This document shows positions 14,120 to 25,565 of a stretch of 64,000 nt of DNA, piece by piece. The DNA comes from Octopus sinensis (Eukaryota), in the NCBI RefSeq assembly GCF_006345805.1, contig NC_043005.1, forward strand, positions 10,974,001 to 11,038,000, read 5' to 3'. The first letter of the stretch is position 1. Each line of letters opens with the position of its first letter. The notes beneath the pieces were generated by a model. The model worked only from the letters and a program-made list of their open reading frames with translations. It had not been told where the DNA came from and made no database searches. The position numbers and the translations under genes were made by a program.

Positions 14120-14530
14120 GTATTTCTTGTGACTACGCTCTGAGTTCAAATTCTTCCTTGGTTAATTTTGCCTTTCATTCTCTTGGTTAAATAAAATAAA
14201 GTACCAGTCAAGTACTAGAATCGATGTAATCGACAAAACCCCTACCCTAAAATTGCTGCCCTTGTATCAAGATTTGATAGAATTTTGCTTGTTTTCAATC
14301 ATTGGATTGAGGCCTTGTTGGTGGGGGGGGGGGGGTAGTCATTAATATTGTCGCCACTATATATTGTTTCCTCCTTTCCACCGACTTGACTAGTACTTTA
14401 TTTAATCGAATCCAAAAGGATGAAAGGTAAAGTTGACCTCTGTGGGATTTGAACTTCAGATAGCATAAAGTCAGAACAAATACAGCGAGTCATTCTTTTC
14501 GGCGTTCTAACAACTCTGCCAATTTACCGC
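14120..14530. mobile_element. Two degenerate SINE family A copies (+ then -)
   Basis: ctctgagttcaaatt...gcctttcat on +; aaaggatgaaaggtaaagttgacctc on -. Confidence 0.55.
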
Positions 14531-14604
14531 TCAGAAACATATGATCACAAACAACTCAAAAACGATTTTCTTTTTCAATGATGTGTGTGTGTGTGTGTGT
14601 GTGT

Positions 14605-14644
<40 letters not shown>

Positions 14645-15543
14645 GGAAGAGTGAGAAAAAGAGGGAAAGAGAGAGTAGGAGAATAGGATACGGTATAAAA
14701 GATTGAGAGGACTCGAGATATGAAGTTAGTTTGGTAGTGATGTATCGTCTGCTAACCAAAAAAAAAAAAAAGCCTCATACTTTCTCCGATCGAAGAGAGG
14801 GTTCGATTTGAATGATTTTGCACCAAAAATTGGTGTATGTTGTATCTGTTCAACAACAATCAATGAAATCTCAAAGGAAAAGTTAATAAGTGACTGGCTG
14901 AAAGTAAAGTCATCGTTTGAACCAGCCCTGTCAACAAAATTCAGTTGAAAGAATGGCGTCATCACAGTTAACTTCACAAGTCACTGGATGACGTCTGGTT
15001 AGTCGCATAATAGATATTGCCCAGTTGCAATATATTCGTTGTGTTTTAGATCATATAAAGGCCAGAACACAAAATGTACCTTATACGTTTCAATATATAC
15101 GGTATCTATTTGACGACTGCTAGTTGACAGATCACCATCTCTTTGCACGCTGATATATAATAACGTCATGTTAAATCTCAACAACGCAGCACCGTGAGCA
15201 AGTGTCTTCAACTATAGCTCGGATATAGCCTTGTAAGTGGATTTCCTTGATGGAAACTGAAAGAAGCCTGTCGTATACATACATACATACATACATAGAC
15301 AGAGATATGCATATACATAAACATTCATAATACATACACATATACGTATACATACCTATACATACACATGCATGCACAAATACATGCATACACAGACATA
15401 AACGCCCACACTCACACACAAGCGCCACACACACACGCACACATACGTCGGTTTACTAGATATGGTAGCTAAATCTCCACCACAAAATACAGTCTTTTCT
15501 CCCCACAAAAAAACAATATATTCTAAATATGTAATTCCTTACA

Positions 15544-15930
15544 TCTTTATATATAAAAGTGAGGTTGTGTGCTGTCTGTCTCCTACGATTTAGATTCCTA
15601 ACTACTCCCGCATTTTGCGGTGCAGTTTAACCAAAACCGGGTATCTTATAGTCGTGATTCATATCGAGCCCTTCTGGGTATTAGCGCGCGTCTACAATGA
15701 ATCTACGATTTTAAAAAAAAATTACCATCAATTTTTCCCATTTTTAATGCATTTTTGGCATATATAAGGGAAGTAACTCTTTTAAATTAAATCTCAGAAC
15801 GTAAAAAGCTACAGTAACACCCCCCCTTGTGGTTAGCCATATTGAGATGGCTATTATACTTTACATCTGTAAAAATGCTTATATAGTTATTTCCCTTACA
15901 AACCCGAGCAACGCCGGGCGATACTGCTAG
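15544..15930 (+). mobile_element. Non-autonomous Helitron
   Basis: 5' TC (tctttatatataaaag), subterminal hairpin cccgagcaacgccggg, 3' CTAG, inserted between A and T with no TSD. Near-identical copy at 51916-52309. Confidence 0.85.
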
Positions 15931-17444
15931 TACAAAATAAAAAAGATGAAATGGTCATCTTTGTAACGGCTTTAACCATAGGGGGTTCTCGATCAGGGCT
16001 AAACAGCCAAACGAATACGACAGATGGACGCAATATATTTTCTTGCGATTGAACCTAATGAAGTCAGAGTTGCCATTGATTTTTTTTATCCCATTTTAAC
16101 CGTGACTGAACAGATAGGCGAATGGCTACGTTCAAAGAATTCCGCCGTGACCATCTCTTGGATTTTTACGAGTAACTAATGTGTTCGTTATTAATATTTG
16201 TTTTAAATGATGGTGTGATTTGAGAGGAATTTAAAGAAGGAAGAGGAGATGGAGGAGGAGAAGAAGGAAAAGGAGGAGGAGGAGAAGAAGAAAAGGAGAA
16301 GGAGCAAATATGGCTGGGTTGTAGAATCGATGCTACTCCCCACGTGATACCAGTGTTATCGGTTAATGTTTCATCGCTTTACACTGGTGGATATTGATCA
16401 ACGGAAGGTGAGGTATTTTTCTTTGTAGTCATCGATTACCTGGAAATATAATCCTTGCCCTCATCTTGCCTGTCTGTCTGTCTCTCCTAGTAGTAGTAGT
16501 AGTAGTAGTGTAGTAGTAGTAGTAAATTTAAGAAGACATTCTTTTTGCAATATACTCTGCAATTCCATCCATCCATGTACGAATTTTTTTGCGTCTCTTT
16601 ACTTTTTAGTTCCATCTTAATCGCCCCCACCCACCCCAAGTCACTCTTCTTACTTTCACTTTCTCTTTTTCTCCTTCTCTTCTCCCCCCTCTCTCTCTCT
16701 TTTCATCCTTTTACATCTACACTCTTTCACTTTTTCTCTCACTTCCACTTCATCTTCCTCTTCTCATTATACACTGACACACATACATATGCACGCTTTA
16801 CACGCACACACGCTTTACTCGCACACGCGCACACACGCACACATACAGATACACACACTCGCACACTCATACCCACACACACTTACCTACGAAAAGTGAG
16901 TTTGAAAAGAAACGTTGATGAAGATGTCACTTTTCAATTATATTCTTAATATAATTAAATATTTAATTAAATAATATTGTTTATTTCATTTGTTTATTTA
17001 CACACACACACACACACATCTTTCTTCAACTTTAATTTTTAGAAACTAAGAGCTGTAAAATTAGATCACGTCACACTGTATCACACAAAGCTAGTCATGT
17101 GACACATGTCTCAGTCACAAAGGACCAATGACACCCGGTGGCTTCTTTCACTTGCTACGAAAGTGGAGGTGGTCAAGACCAGACTAAAGAAAAACGAGGC
17201 TGTGGCGGGTAAAAATATATCTAGACAAGACAATGCGTTTGCCGCTCTGCATCTGGAGTGTTAAGTCAGCGCCGTCAGGTGGGTTAAACTGCTCGGAGTC
17301 TTGTTCCGTTCGGACCTACAGAGAGACTGGTACTTAGACGAGTTGATGAGTAGAGTGGTTTAGCGTCACCCAGAAATGAACTGAGTGGAAACTATCTTTG
17401 ACAGGTTGAGCAAAAGCAGCGATTGCCTACATTCTCTCGTAAAT

Positions 17445-17445
17445 A

Positions 17446-17487
<42 letters not shown>

Positions 17488-17559
17488 CATAAATATATAT
17501 ATATATATACATACATAAATATATATATATACATAAATATATATATATTATATATATAT

Positions 17560-17590
<31 letters not shown>

Positions 17591-17710
17591 TATATATATA
17601 TTATATATATTATATATATATATAATATTATATATATATATATATATAATATTATAATATTATATATATTATATAATATGTGTGTGTGTATGTGTGCGTG
17701 CGTGTGTGTG
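17445..17710. repeat. (AT)n-rich microsatellite with terminal (TG)n
   Basis: Direct inspection. Confidence 0.95.
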
Positions 17711-19184
17711 TAATATATTATATTATATCATATTAGAACTTGCAATTTTTTAAATCAAAACCCTATATTAAAGCAGGATGCATGTGACATGTGTATATGC
17801 GTTTTCCAGCTGTCTCTCATTAAAATAAAACAATTACATTTGCACTGGATTTGCTGTGACTTTTTTTTTTTTTTTATATCTTTGTCTTGCATTGCACGCC
17901 AAAGATATAAAATTGTAATATATATATATATATAAAACCTCCCTCTAAAATAATTTTTTGTTTCATTTGATGTCTTATTTAAAGAGTGCCCGCAAAATAT
18001 GTGTGGCTTCTGCGATATTTGAAAAGTCAATATAAAGCTTCGCCATAAAAATTCCGACAAGTTGTAGCTTAGAACCTTCGTCACATTTCCTAGAGAAACA
18101 TTGCTCAAGCTTTCCTAGAAAGGCATGAACAGCAAAGCACTGCATTGCTACTCATCTAAACATTCATTCCACTGTTGGAACCAGCAAATATTAAATAGAT
18201 CTTTATTACAAATATTTAATCTCGTTTAGAACCTTGCAGTATTCCTTCAGAACTCCTTTTCTTTGGCTGTTCGTTTAGTTCTCATAAATCAGAAAATCCA
18301 AGATTTAAATTCTATCTCAAAAAATCACCACCAACAGCAGCAGCAGCACTTACTGTTGCTAATCATAAATTTCCCTTTATATTCGGTTTCATATATCAAA
18401 GCCAATCCTTTCTATTTTATTCCATTTTTTCTTTTTCTTTCAATTTTCTAGAAATATATTCACACCCACACATTCACCCCCATCTCGCACACACACATTT
18501 CTCAGCTGCGATTGTGTTGAAAAAAGTTGCTCATGAATGAAAATAAATAAAGGCAATTTTCAGTTTCTTTGCGTATGCAATTTATATATCGAGTATCTTG
18601 AGAATTTATCTAACATACTGCTGGCCACCTTAATAGAAAGACCAGATAATGAAGTAAACATACGAAGGGTTTGTAATCCTGTCCTTTATACGGAACCGTG
18701 TTTTTGAGAAAATTAATTCTTAGTGGCTTGCACCATTTAACTATGAAGGGACAGTAGAGGTAAGTTGTCAATGTTTATCTCTATATTAACCTCGATCGAG
18801 GAAATCTAGAATCACAGGCGTTCCAGTCGTGACTATTCCGTCTTCTTATTTAGACACCCTGTATTAAACCCAATGTCTTCTTTCTTTTTTACCAAAATAT
18901 TAGGTGTATTAGGGCCACAAAGAAGTTCCTTTGGTGCTCAGGCCTGATCAAAGACATACTAGATGTGACCACCACCTCTTTAAAATATTCTATGTAAAAC
19001 TACATTATCTAATGTGTCATTTTCTTAACTCTTTAGCATTTAAACGGGCCATATCCGGCCCAAATATTCGACCTGTTTTATGTTGAAACCAGCTAAATCA
19101 CACCCCTCACTCCTACCATACAATATCCTTCTAAAAAACAATCCCATCATTGAAATTTTGACGCTACAAAATAATGCATGGTTA

Positions 19185-19491
19185 CAGTTCTATATTTAAG
19201 AGACGAGGAATTATGCACATTATTTACATTCGACGGGGGCATATGGCGTAGTGGTTAAGAGCGCGGGCTACTAACCCCAAGATTTCAAGTTCGATTCCAA
19301 GCAGTGGGCTGAACAACAACAACAATAATAATAATATTAACGAAAAAAACCTTATGAATGAGAACCCAGGTTCGAAATTTCCCCAAGACACCTGATGAAG
19401 GCTGGAGGATATATCAGCCGAAAGGTTGTGTTAATAACAAACAAGATGAGGACAAATATCCGTCGAATGTAAATAATGTAAATAATATAAC
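19185..19491 (+). mobile_element. tRNA-headed SINE-like element with hammerhead-ribozyme tail and 5' inverted tail copy
   Basis: 12-bp TSD aatgcatggtta (19173-19184, 19492-19503); A box tggcgtagtgg (19245-19255); B box gttcgattcc (19290-19299); perfect 20-bp inverted repeat 19217-19236 / 19460-19479. Confidence 0.8.
19387..19432 (+). ncRNA. Minimal type I hammerhead ribozyme motif (one stem III substitution)
   Basis: gacac-CTGATGA-a-ggctg(loop)cagcc-GAAA-ggTT-gtgtt. Stem I gacac/gtgtt; a G>C reversion at 19424 would give the palindromic AACGTT stem III. Confidence 0.7.
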
Positions 19492-19600
19492 AATGCATGG
19501 TTAATTCAAAACGATATGAATAAATAAGGATTACATTTCACAGAATAATCTGAATGCTAAAGGGATAAGACTGTAAATGACTGAAACAAGTAAAAGAGGA

Positions 19601-19770
19601 CAGGAGTGGCTGTGTGGTAAGTAGCTTGCTAACCAACCACATGGTTCCGGGTTCAGTCCCACTGCGTGGCATCTTGGGAAAGTGTCTTCTGCTATAGCCC
19701 CGGGCCGACCAATGCCTTGTGAGTGGATTTGGTAGACGGAAACTGAAAGAAGCCTGTCGTATATATGTAT

Positions 19771-19817
<47 letters not shown>

Positions 19818-20038
19818 ATGTATTTGTGTGCCTGTGTTTGTCCCCCTAGCTTGACAACCGATGCTGGTGTGTTTACGTCCCCGTCACTTAGCGGTTCGGC
19901 AAAAGAGAACGATAGAATAAGTACTGGGCTTACAAGGAATAAGTCCTGGGGTCGATTTGCTCGACTAAAGGCGGTGCTCCAGCATGGCCGCAGTCAAATG
20001 ACTGAAACAAGTAAAAGAGTAAAAGAGTAAAGAGAGTA
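19601..20038 (+). mobile_element. SINE family B, full length
   Basis: Head ggagtggctgtgtggtaag...ggttcagtccc, internal microsatellite, tail gactgaaacaagtaaaagag repeats. Confidence 0.9.
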
Positions 20039-20157
20039 AGCGTATTTCAGTTGTATACAATTATAGTTCGATTCTATGTATTATGGTTCATTTTTTCGAT
20101 GAGAAAACACGCATACAATATACGTACAAGCGGCACATTTATAAAATGCCGTCTCTT

Positions 20158-20561
20158 CCTCTTTCTCTTTTACTTGCTTCAGTCATTTGACTGCGGCCAT
20201 GCTGGAGCACCGCCTTTAGTCGACCAAATCGACCCCGGGACTTATTCTTTGTAAGCCCAGTACTTATTCTATCGGTCACTTTTTGCCGAACCGCTAAGTA
20301 ACGGGGACATAAACACACCAGCATCGGTTGTCAAGCAATGCTAGGGGGACAAACACAAACATACACACACATACATATACATATATATATACATATATAC
20401 GACGGGCTTCTTTCAGTTTCCGTCTACCAAATCCACTCACAAGGCATTGGTCGGCTCGGGGCTATAGTAGAAGACACTTGCCCAAGATGCCAAGCAGTGG
20501 GACTGAACCCGGAACCATGTGGTTGGTAAGCAAGCTACTTACCACACAGCCACTCCTGCGC
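20158..20561 (-). mobile_element. SINE family B, full length
   Basis: Reverse-complement copy, tail-to-tail with 19601-20038. Confidence 0.9.
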
Positions 20562-21606
20562 CGTGTGTATATATATTTTATACATGGCACTCAATGTGTT
20601 AAAGTGTGGTCAAATGAAATGCCCTGCGGTTAAACCGAAGTTTATTTCTTTAATCGTAAATATAATATGGCCGAATAGTTATAAAATTCACTTTGTTGCA
20701 GGAAATACCTGGTTCGATTCTACCGTATCTTGACAAACGTCATTTCTTAAGTTAAGGGTCAACCCATACCTTATGAGTGAAATTGGATTGACGGAAACTG
20801 TACAGAAGTCCGTCGAATGGATTGTATTTGTGATACATAAGGTTCAGCGTTGTCACTCACTGAGTTCACGCTGATTATTCCTGAGGAATGTGGCAAAGGT
20901 TTGATGTCTCTGTGGAAAGCTCAGCCTCTAGCACATTAATTCTGGAGCAGGTAATTCAGCTGCTCAAACAAATGAATCCTCGTCGTCGAACGACGGAGAT
21001 CCACTACCAACACCACCACATCTACAAATAACACCACCGCTGCCACCGCCATCGCCTCCACCGTCGCCGTCGCCTCCGCCACCACAACCGCCTCCTCCTC
21101 CTCCGCCGCCGCCGCCTCCTTCACCGCCACCGCCTCTTCAGCCACTACCACTGTTACCACCACTATTACTAATATCACCATTCCTTCAACAGGTATTGTT
21201 GAAATGAGATCAGATCTTCCTAAGTGAAACATCCAACATAGACAAGTGGTTCAACCGAGGGGTAAACGACTTTTCTAAGTCTGCCAATGCTTAGAAATGT
21301 TGGTTATTAAAAACTTCAGAACTCCTTCACTACAACATTACATCTCAGACAATATATACTGCAGTCTGGCCACCTGATGCCACAGTTTTCTAAATTCACT
21401 CACTTGTTTCTAAATTCCGACTTCCAAGCATACCTTATGCTTATGCATAATGTATGCTCATTAATAAATTATGTTCATGTTCATGAATAAATTAGATTTT
21501 TCACTGTACCAAAAAAAAAACAGACGTTAAAAATTATAATCTTCGTTTGATAATTATCAAACAAATCCAATATTATGATTTCTCACATGGTTATGTATTA
21601 AGCATG

Positions 21607-22047
21607 GGATCTTTTCCGTTTGAACGGCAGTTTTTTCTAACGGTGTCATATGAAATTGTCACCCATAATTATGACCCTAGAATCGATCTATTGCATTTCA
21701 ATCTCTTTTAGGGTTAGGGTTAGTTAGGGCTAGAGTTAGGGTTAGGGGTGGGGTAAGGGTACCTTTTTTTCTTCACAAATGTAAATAAACCCAATCTGTT
21801 TCTTAAATGAGGGACATATTCATACGGCACAGAATGTTTTTTTTTACCTCTATAGACGTCATTGATTGGTTGAAATTGCAGAAATTGAAGAAAAACAACA
21901 ATAAATATCTTACAAACTATAGAATTTTCTCAATAAAGCCAAGAGAAAAAGATGTTTTATAAACGCATTCTACCAGTATACGAAGTTTAAAACTTTTTAG
22001 TTACCTAGAAATTATGTTAAAAACTGCCGTTCAAACCGAAAAGATCC
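21607..22047. mobile_element. MITE with GG-ended TIRs, 8-bp TSD and internal TTAGGG repeats (Merlin-like by inference)
   Basis: TIR ggatcttttccgtttgaacggcagtttt / aaaactgccgttcaaaccgaaaagatcc; flanks taagcatg / taatcatg (7/8). Second copy inverted at 45843-46271. Confidence 0.85.
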
Positions 22048-22737
22048 TAATCATGAGGAAACTGCGGCCTGCAGGTGTTTCTGAATGGGACGCCGTCGAA
22101 AAATTGCTTCAAAGTTTTTTAGTACTGCGGCCCACCTGATGGTCATCCATGTCTCATGTGGCCCGCTTCTCGAAAAAGGTCGCTCATGCCTGTTATAAGG
22201 TGATACATTTATCTTGTAAGGAAGGATATCAAAAGGTAATATCGATCCTGGTGAAGTTTATGATATCAGAACGGAGAAGGGACAAGACTAAGCACTAAAA
22301 GTTAATTATTCTGGCACTATACGGTTTTTTCCAACATCAATGCCGGACTACTGTAGCGAATTTTGGCTACGGTAGTCCGGCATTCTATTGTCTGGCACTG
22401 CAGCATATGCATTTCAAGATACGAATGGATATAAATAGAAAATAATCATTTGTTTATATTTCAGGTCTGGTGACATAGCTGAGATAAAATATGTTTCTTA
22501 TTTCTTTACTGCCCACAAGGGGCTAAACACAGAGGGGACAAACAAGGACAGAGAAAGGGATTAAGTTGATTATATCGACACCAGTGCGTAACTGGTACTT
22601 ATTTAATCGACCCCAAAAAGATGAAAGCATATTCGGCATATTTTGTTTTATGAGTTCAAAAAAGGCAACAACGCAACGAAAAGTGCGAGGAATATTAATG
22701 CAGTATATGGGGATCGGACAATAAGCATAAGCCAGCG

Positions 22738-23340
22738 TCAACGGTGGTTCCAAAAATTCCGGGCCTTGCTTAAAGGACGCGCCTCGTCATGGAAGATCTG
22801 TAGAGCTCGGTGAGTACGTCTTGCAAACCATGCTGGAACAAAGTCCCAAGGTAACTGTTGATGAACTTGCAGAGAAGATTGGATTTGATCAGTCAACTAG
22901 TTATTCAAGTCAGCGCGAGAAGAAATACATCCATTTTTGGTTTCAAGACGAAAGGTGTTCTTCCACCGGGATAATGCTCGGCCACATACAGCAAGGTTGA
23001 CATTCCAAAGGCTGGAGCAGTTTGAATGGGAAACGATACCCCACCAACCATATGCGCTGAACATTGTTCTATCTGATTATCATTTATTCCGTAGTCTTCA
23101 AAATCATTTGGACGGAAAAAATATGAATTCTGTAGACGAGATCGGAACACTACTGATGGAGTATTTTTCGTCACGGACGAGTGAATTTTGGAAGAGGAAC
23201 CTTGCAAGTCAACAGATAAATGGAAGAGCATTGTAGAAAATGAAGGAGAGTATATTTTAAATTAAAAAAAGAAATTTGTTTATCTTAATTTTGAAAAATA
23301 AAAGAAGTATAAAAAACTGCATTATTTATGGGATGACCGA
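22738..23340 (+). mobile_element. Internally deleted mariner (DD34D) relic
   Basis: WFQKFR..LKDAPRHGRS and LEQSPKVTVDELAEK (HTH) joined to HRDNARPH...SDYHLFRSLQNHL with 34 residues between the two D; TIR-like end tatttatgggatgaccgaata. Confidence 0.85.
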
Positions 23341-23898
23341 ATATATATACATATATATATATACGCTTATATATTTGTTTGCCTGTACATAAACCTGTGT
23401 ATGTGCGTATATATATACACATGCATACATACATACATACGTACATACATACATACATGCATATATATATATATATATAATTAAAAGGTCACTTTACTTT
23501 TTTATTCCTTTAATATGTGTAATTACATTTTCACAATAAATATAATTACATTTTTCTGGTTATTTAATCAAGTTTCCTTTAATACGGTGCCTTATTAGAT
23601 TTCGCTTAATTAAATATAGCCTGATTAGGTTTCACTTAACTCAATATAGCCTTGAAATGCAAAATCTTTACATTCTTACCAGTAAATGACTTGAGAGAAT
23701 GGAGCCCTAGTTTCTTTAAAAGCTTCAATTTACAGTGATTTAGAAAAAAGCAATTTATACGGGGCAAGCAAACTAGGAAGAATGAACGTAGTCACTTGAA
23801 TATCTAGAAAGAGGGACTAAATCTACCTAGAATTGCACCCTGCTGTCATAGAAAAGGACTACACAATTATGGTCCTGGGTACATCTTATATGGAGCAA

Positions 23899-24114
23899 AG
23901 GCGAGCTGGCAGAAACGTTAGCACGCCGGGCGAAAGCGTAGCGGTATTTCGTCTGCCGCTACGTTCTGAGTTCAAATTCTGCCGAGGTCGACTTTGCCTT
24001 TCATCCTTTCGGGGTCGACAAATTAAGTACCAGTTACGCACTGGAGTCGATATAATCGACTTAATCCGTTTGTCCTCTCTGTTTTTAGCCCCTTGTGGGT
24101 AGTAAAGAAATAGG
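23899..24114 (+). mobile_element. SINE family A
   Basis: Consensus-like copy. Confidence 0.9.
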
Positions 24115-24400
24115 TATCAACACTGTTAGATGAGTGAAATTTTTGTCCATAGCCATACTCAGCCAAAGCTGACTAACAGCCATAGGGAACATAAATAGAT
24201 CCTACTTCTGTTGACATTCATGTGATCTAGATCCTTATTATCATTGGCGCCAAACACCCGAAATGCATCAAAGAAATATAGAGGCTTGAAACACACGTCG
24301 AACAGGGTTCACACAGCTTTTAACCATACCATGGCACCAACTACGACAATTTAACTTTTTTGTCTGTTATTTCGACTCCAATACTTAATTCGGGCTGGTA

Positions 24401-24635
24401 CCTATTTCTTTACCACACACAAGGGGCTAAAAACAGAGAGGACAAACAAGGACAGACAAACGGATTAAGTCGATTATATCGACTCCAGTGCGTAACTGGT
24501 ACTTAATTTGTCGACCCCGAAAGGATGAAAGGCAAAGTCGACCTCGGCAGAATTTGAACTCAGAACGTAGCGGCAGACGAATTACCGCAAAGCATTTCAC
24601 CTGGCGTGCTAACGTTTCTGCCAGCTCGCCGCCTT
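24401..24635 (-). mobile_element. SINE family A
   Basis: Consensus-like copy, inverted relative to 23899-24114. Confidence 0.9.
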
Positions 24636-25257
24636 TCGGGCTAGCACCTAAATATATGAATTATGCATCAAATGATTAGTTCCCTCCACTGACTGCCGCG
24701 GTTCGGGCTTTTCAGGATAGCAAGTCGTGCAATCAGTGGCTTGGATTACTCCGGGCCATTGGACAACGCATAATCAAACGACTAAACTCTGTTTAGTCGA
24801 GTGAACATGCTTTATTGCACTATTTTCAAGGCAATAGATATTTTCCCATTTTTGGAAAATGACATTTTTCTAAAACATACCTCCAGCACACACATACACA
24901 CACTCACACACTTACACACACAAACACACACACATGCACACACTCAGACACACACACGTTAGCTGTATTGACCCTTGATCATATTGTGACCCTACATAGT
25001 TTTATCGAGTAATGATATAACTCTTCTTTCATTTTGTTTGTGCTGAAATTTTTTAATAGTATATAAATTTCAATCAGAATTCTCGGCCGTGAATTTCCTG
25101 TTTTTCAGTAAATGGAACGCTCTGATCATTGAATTAGTGTTCAGTTGGCTAAATTCCAAGGAATTACCAAAAACAATAAAGAATGCACTTACTTAACATG
25201 GTCCCCGTTTGGACCGAACTGATATGAAGCCACTCGTTTGCAAAGTGATCTTATTTT

Positions 25258-25565
25258 ATTTTTTATTTATGCGCCATTTTCAAGCCTACCCAGGCTCATG
25301 GGCCCGGTTTCCCGGTTTCTGTGGCGTATGTGTTCCTCCCAGCTGGACGGGACGCCAGTCCATCGCAGCGTTACTCAAGAAACAGGAAGAAAGAGTAAGT
25401 TGAACAGAAAAGTACAAAAGAAGTCGTCACCACCCTCTGCCGGAGCTTCGTGGAGCTTTAGGTGTTTTCACTCAATAAATACACACAACGCCCGGTCTGG
25501 GAATCGAAACCACGATCCTCCGACCGCGAGTCTGCTGCCCTAACGACTGGGCCATTGCGCCTCCA
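25258..25565 (-). mobile_element. SINE family C head with alternative, V-domain-like tail
   Basis: Head ggaggcgcaatggcccagt..ttagggcagc.gactcgcggtc...tttcgattccc, then gcgatggactggcgtcccgtccag (recalled as V-SINE-like) and an A-rich end. Confidence 0.75.

Larger units (their letters stand above)
19029..19564. mobile_element. piggyBac-like MITE (host of a nested insertion)
   Basis: TTAA|ctctttagcatt ... aatgctaaaggg|ATAA: CCCTTT-type TIRs with a decayed TTAA target. Confidence 0.6.

Noticed and set aside
19238-19308. tRNA gene call (also the heads of SINE families B, C and D)
   Set aside because: A and B boxes are present but the acceptor stem does not close, and the heads are fused to repeat bodies.
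20990-21195. Proline-rich frame ending at a cag|gtattg donor
   Set aside because: Degenerate (CCN)n repeat, common in this window; no acceptor or unique coding support.
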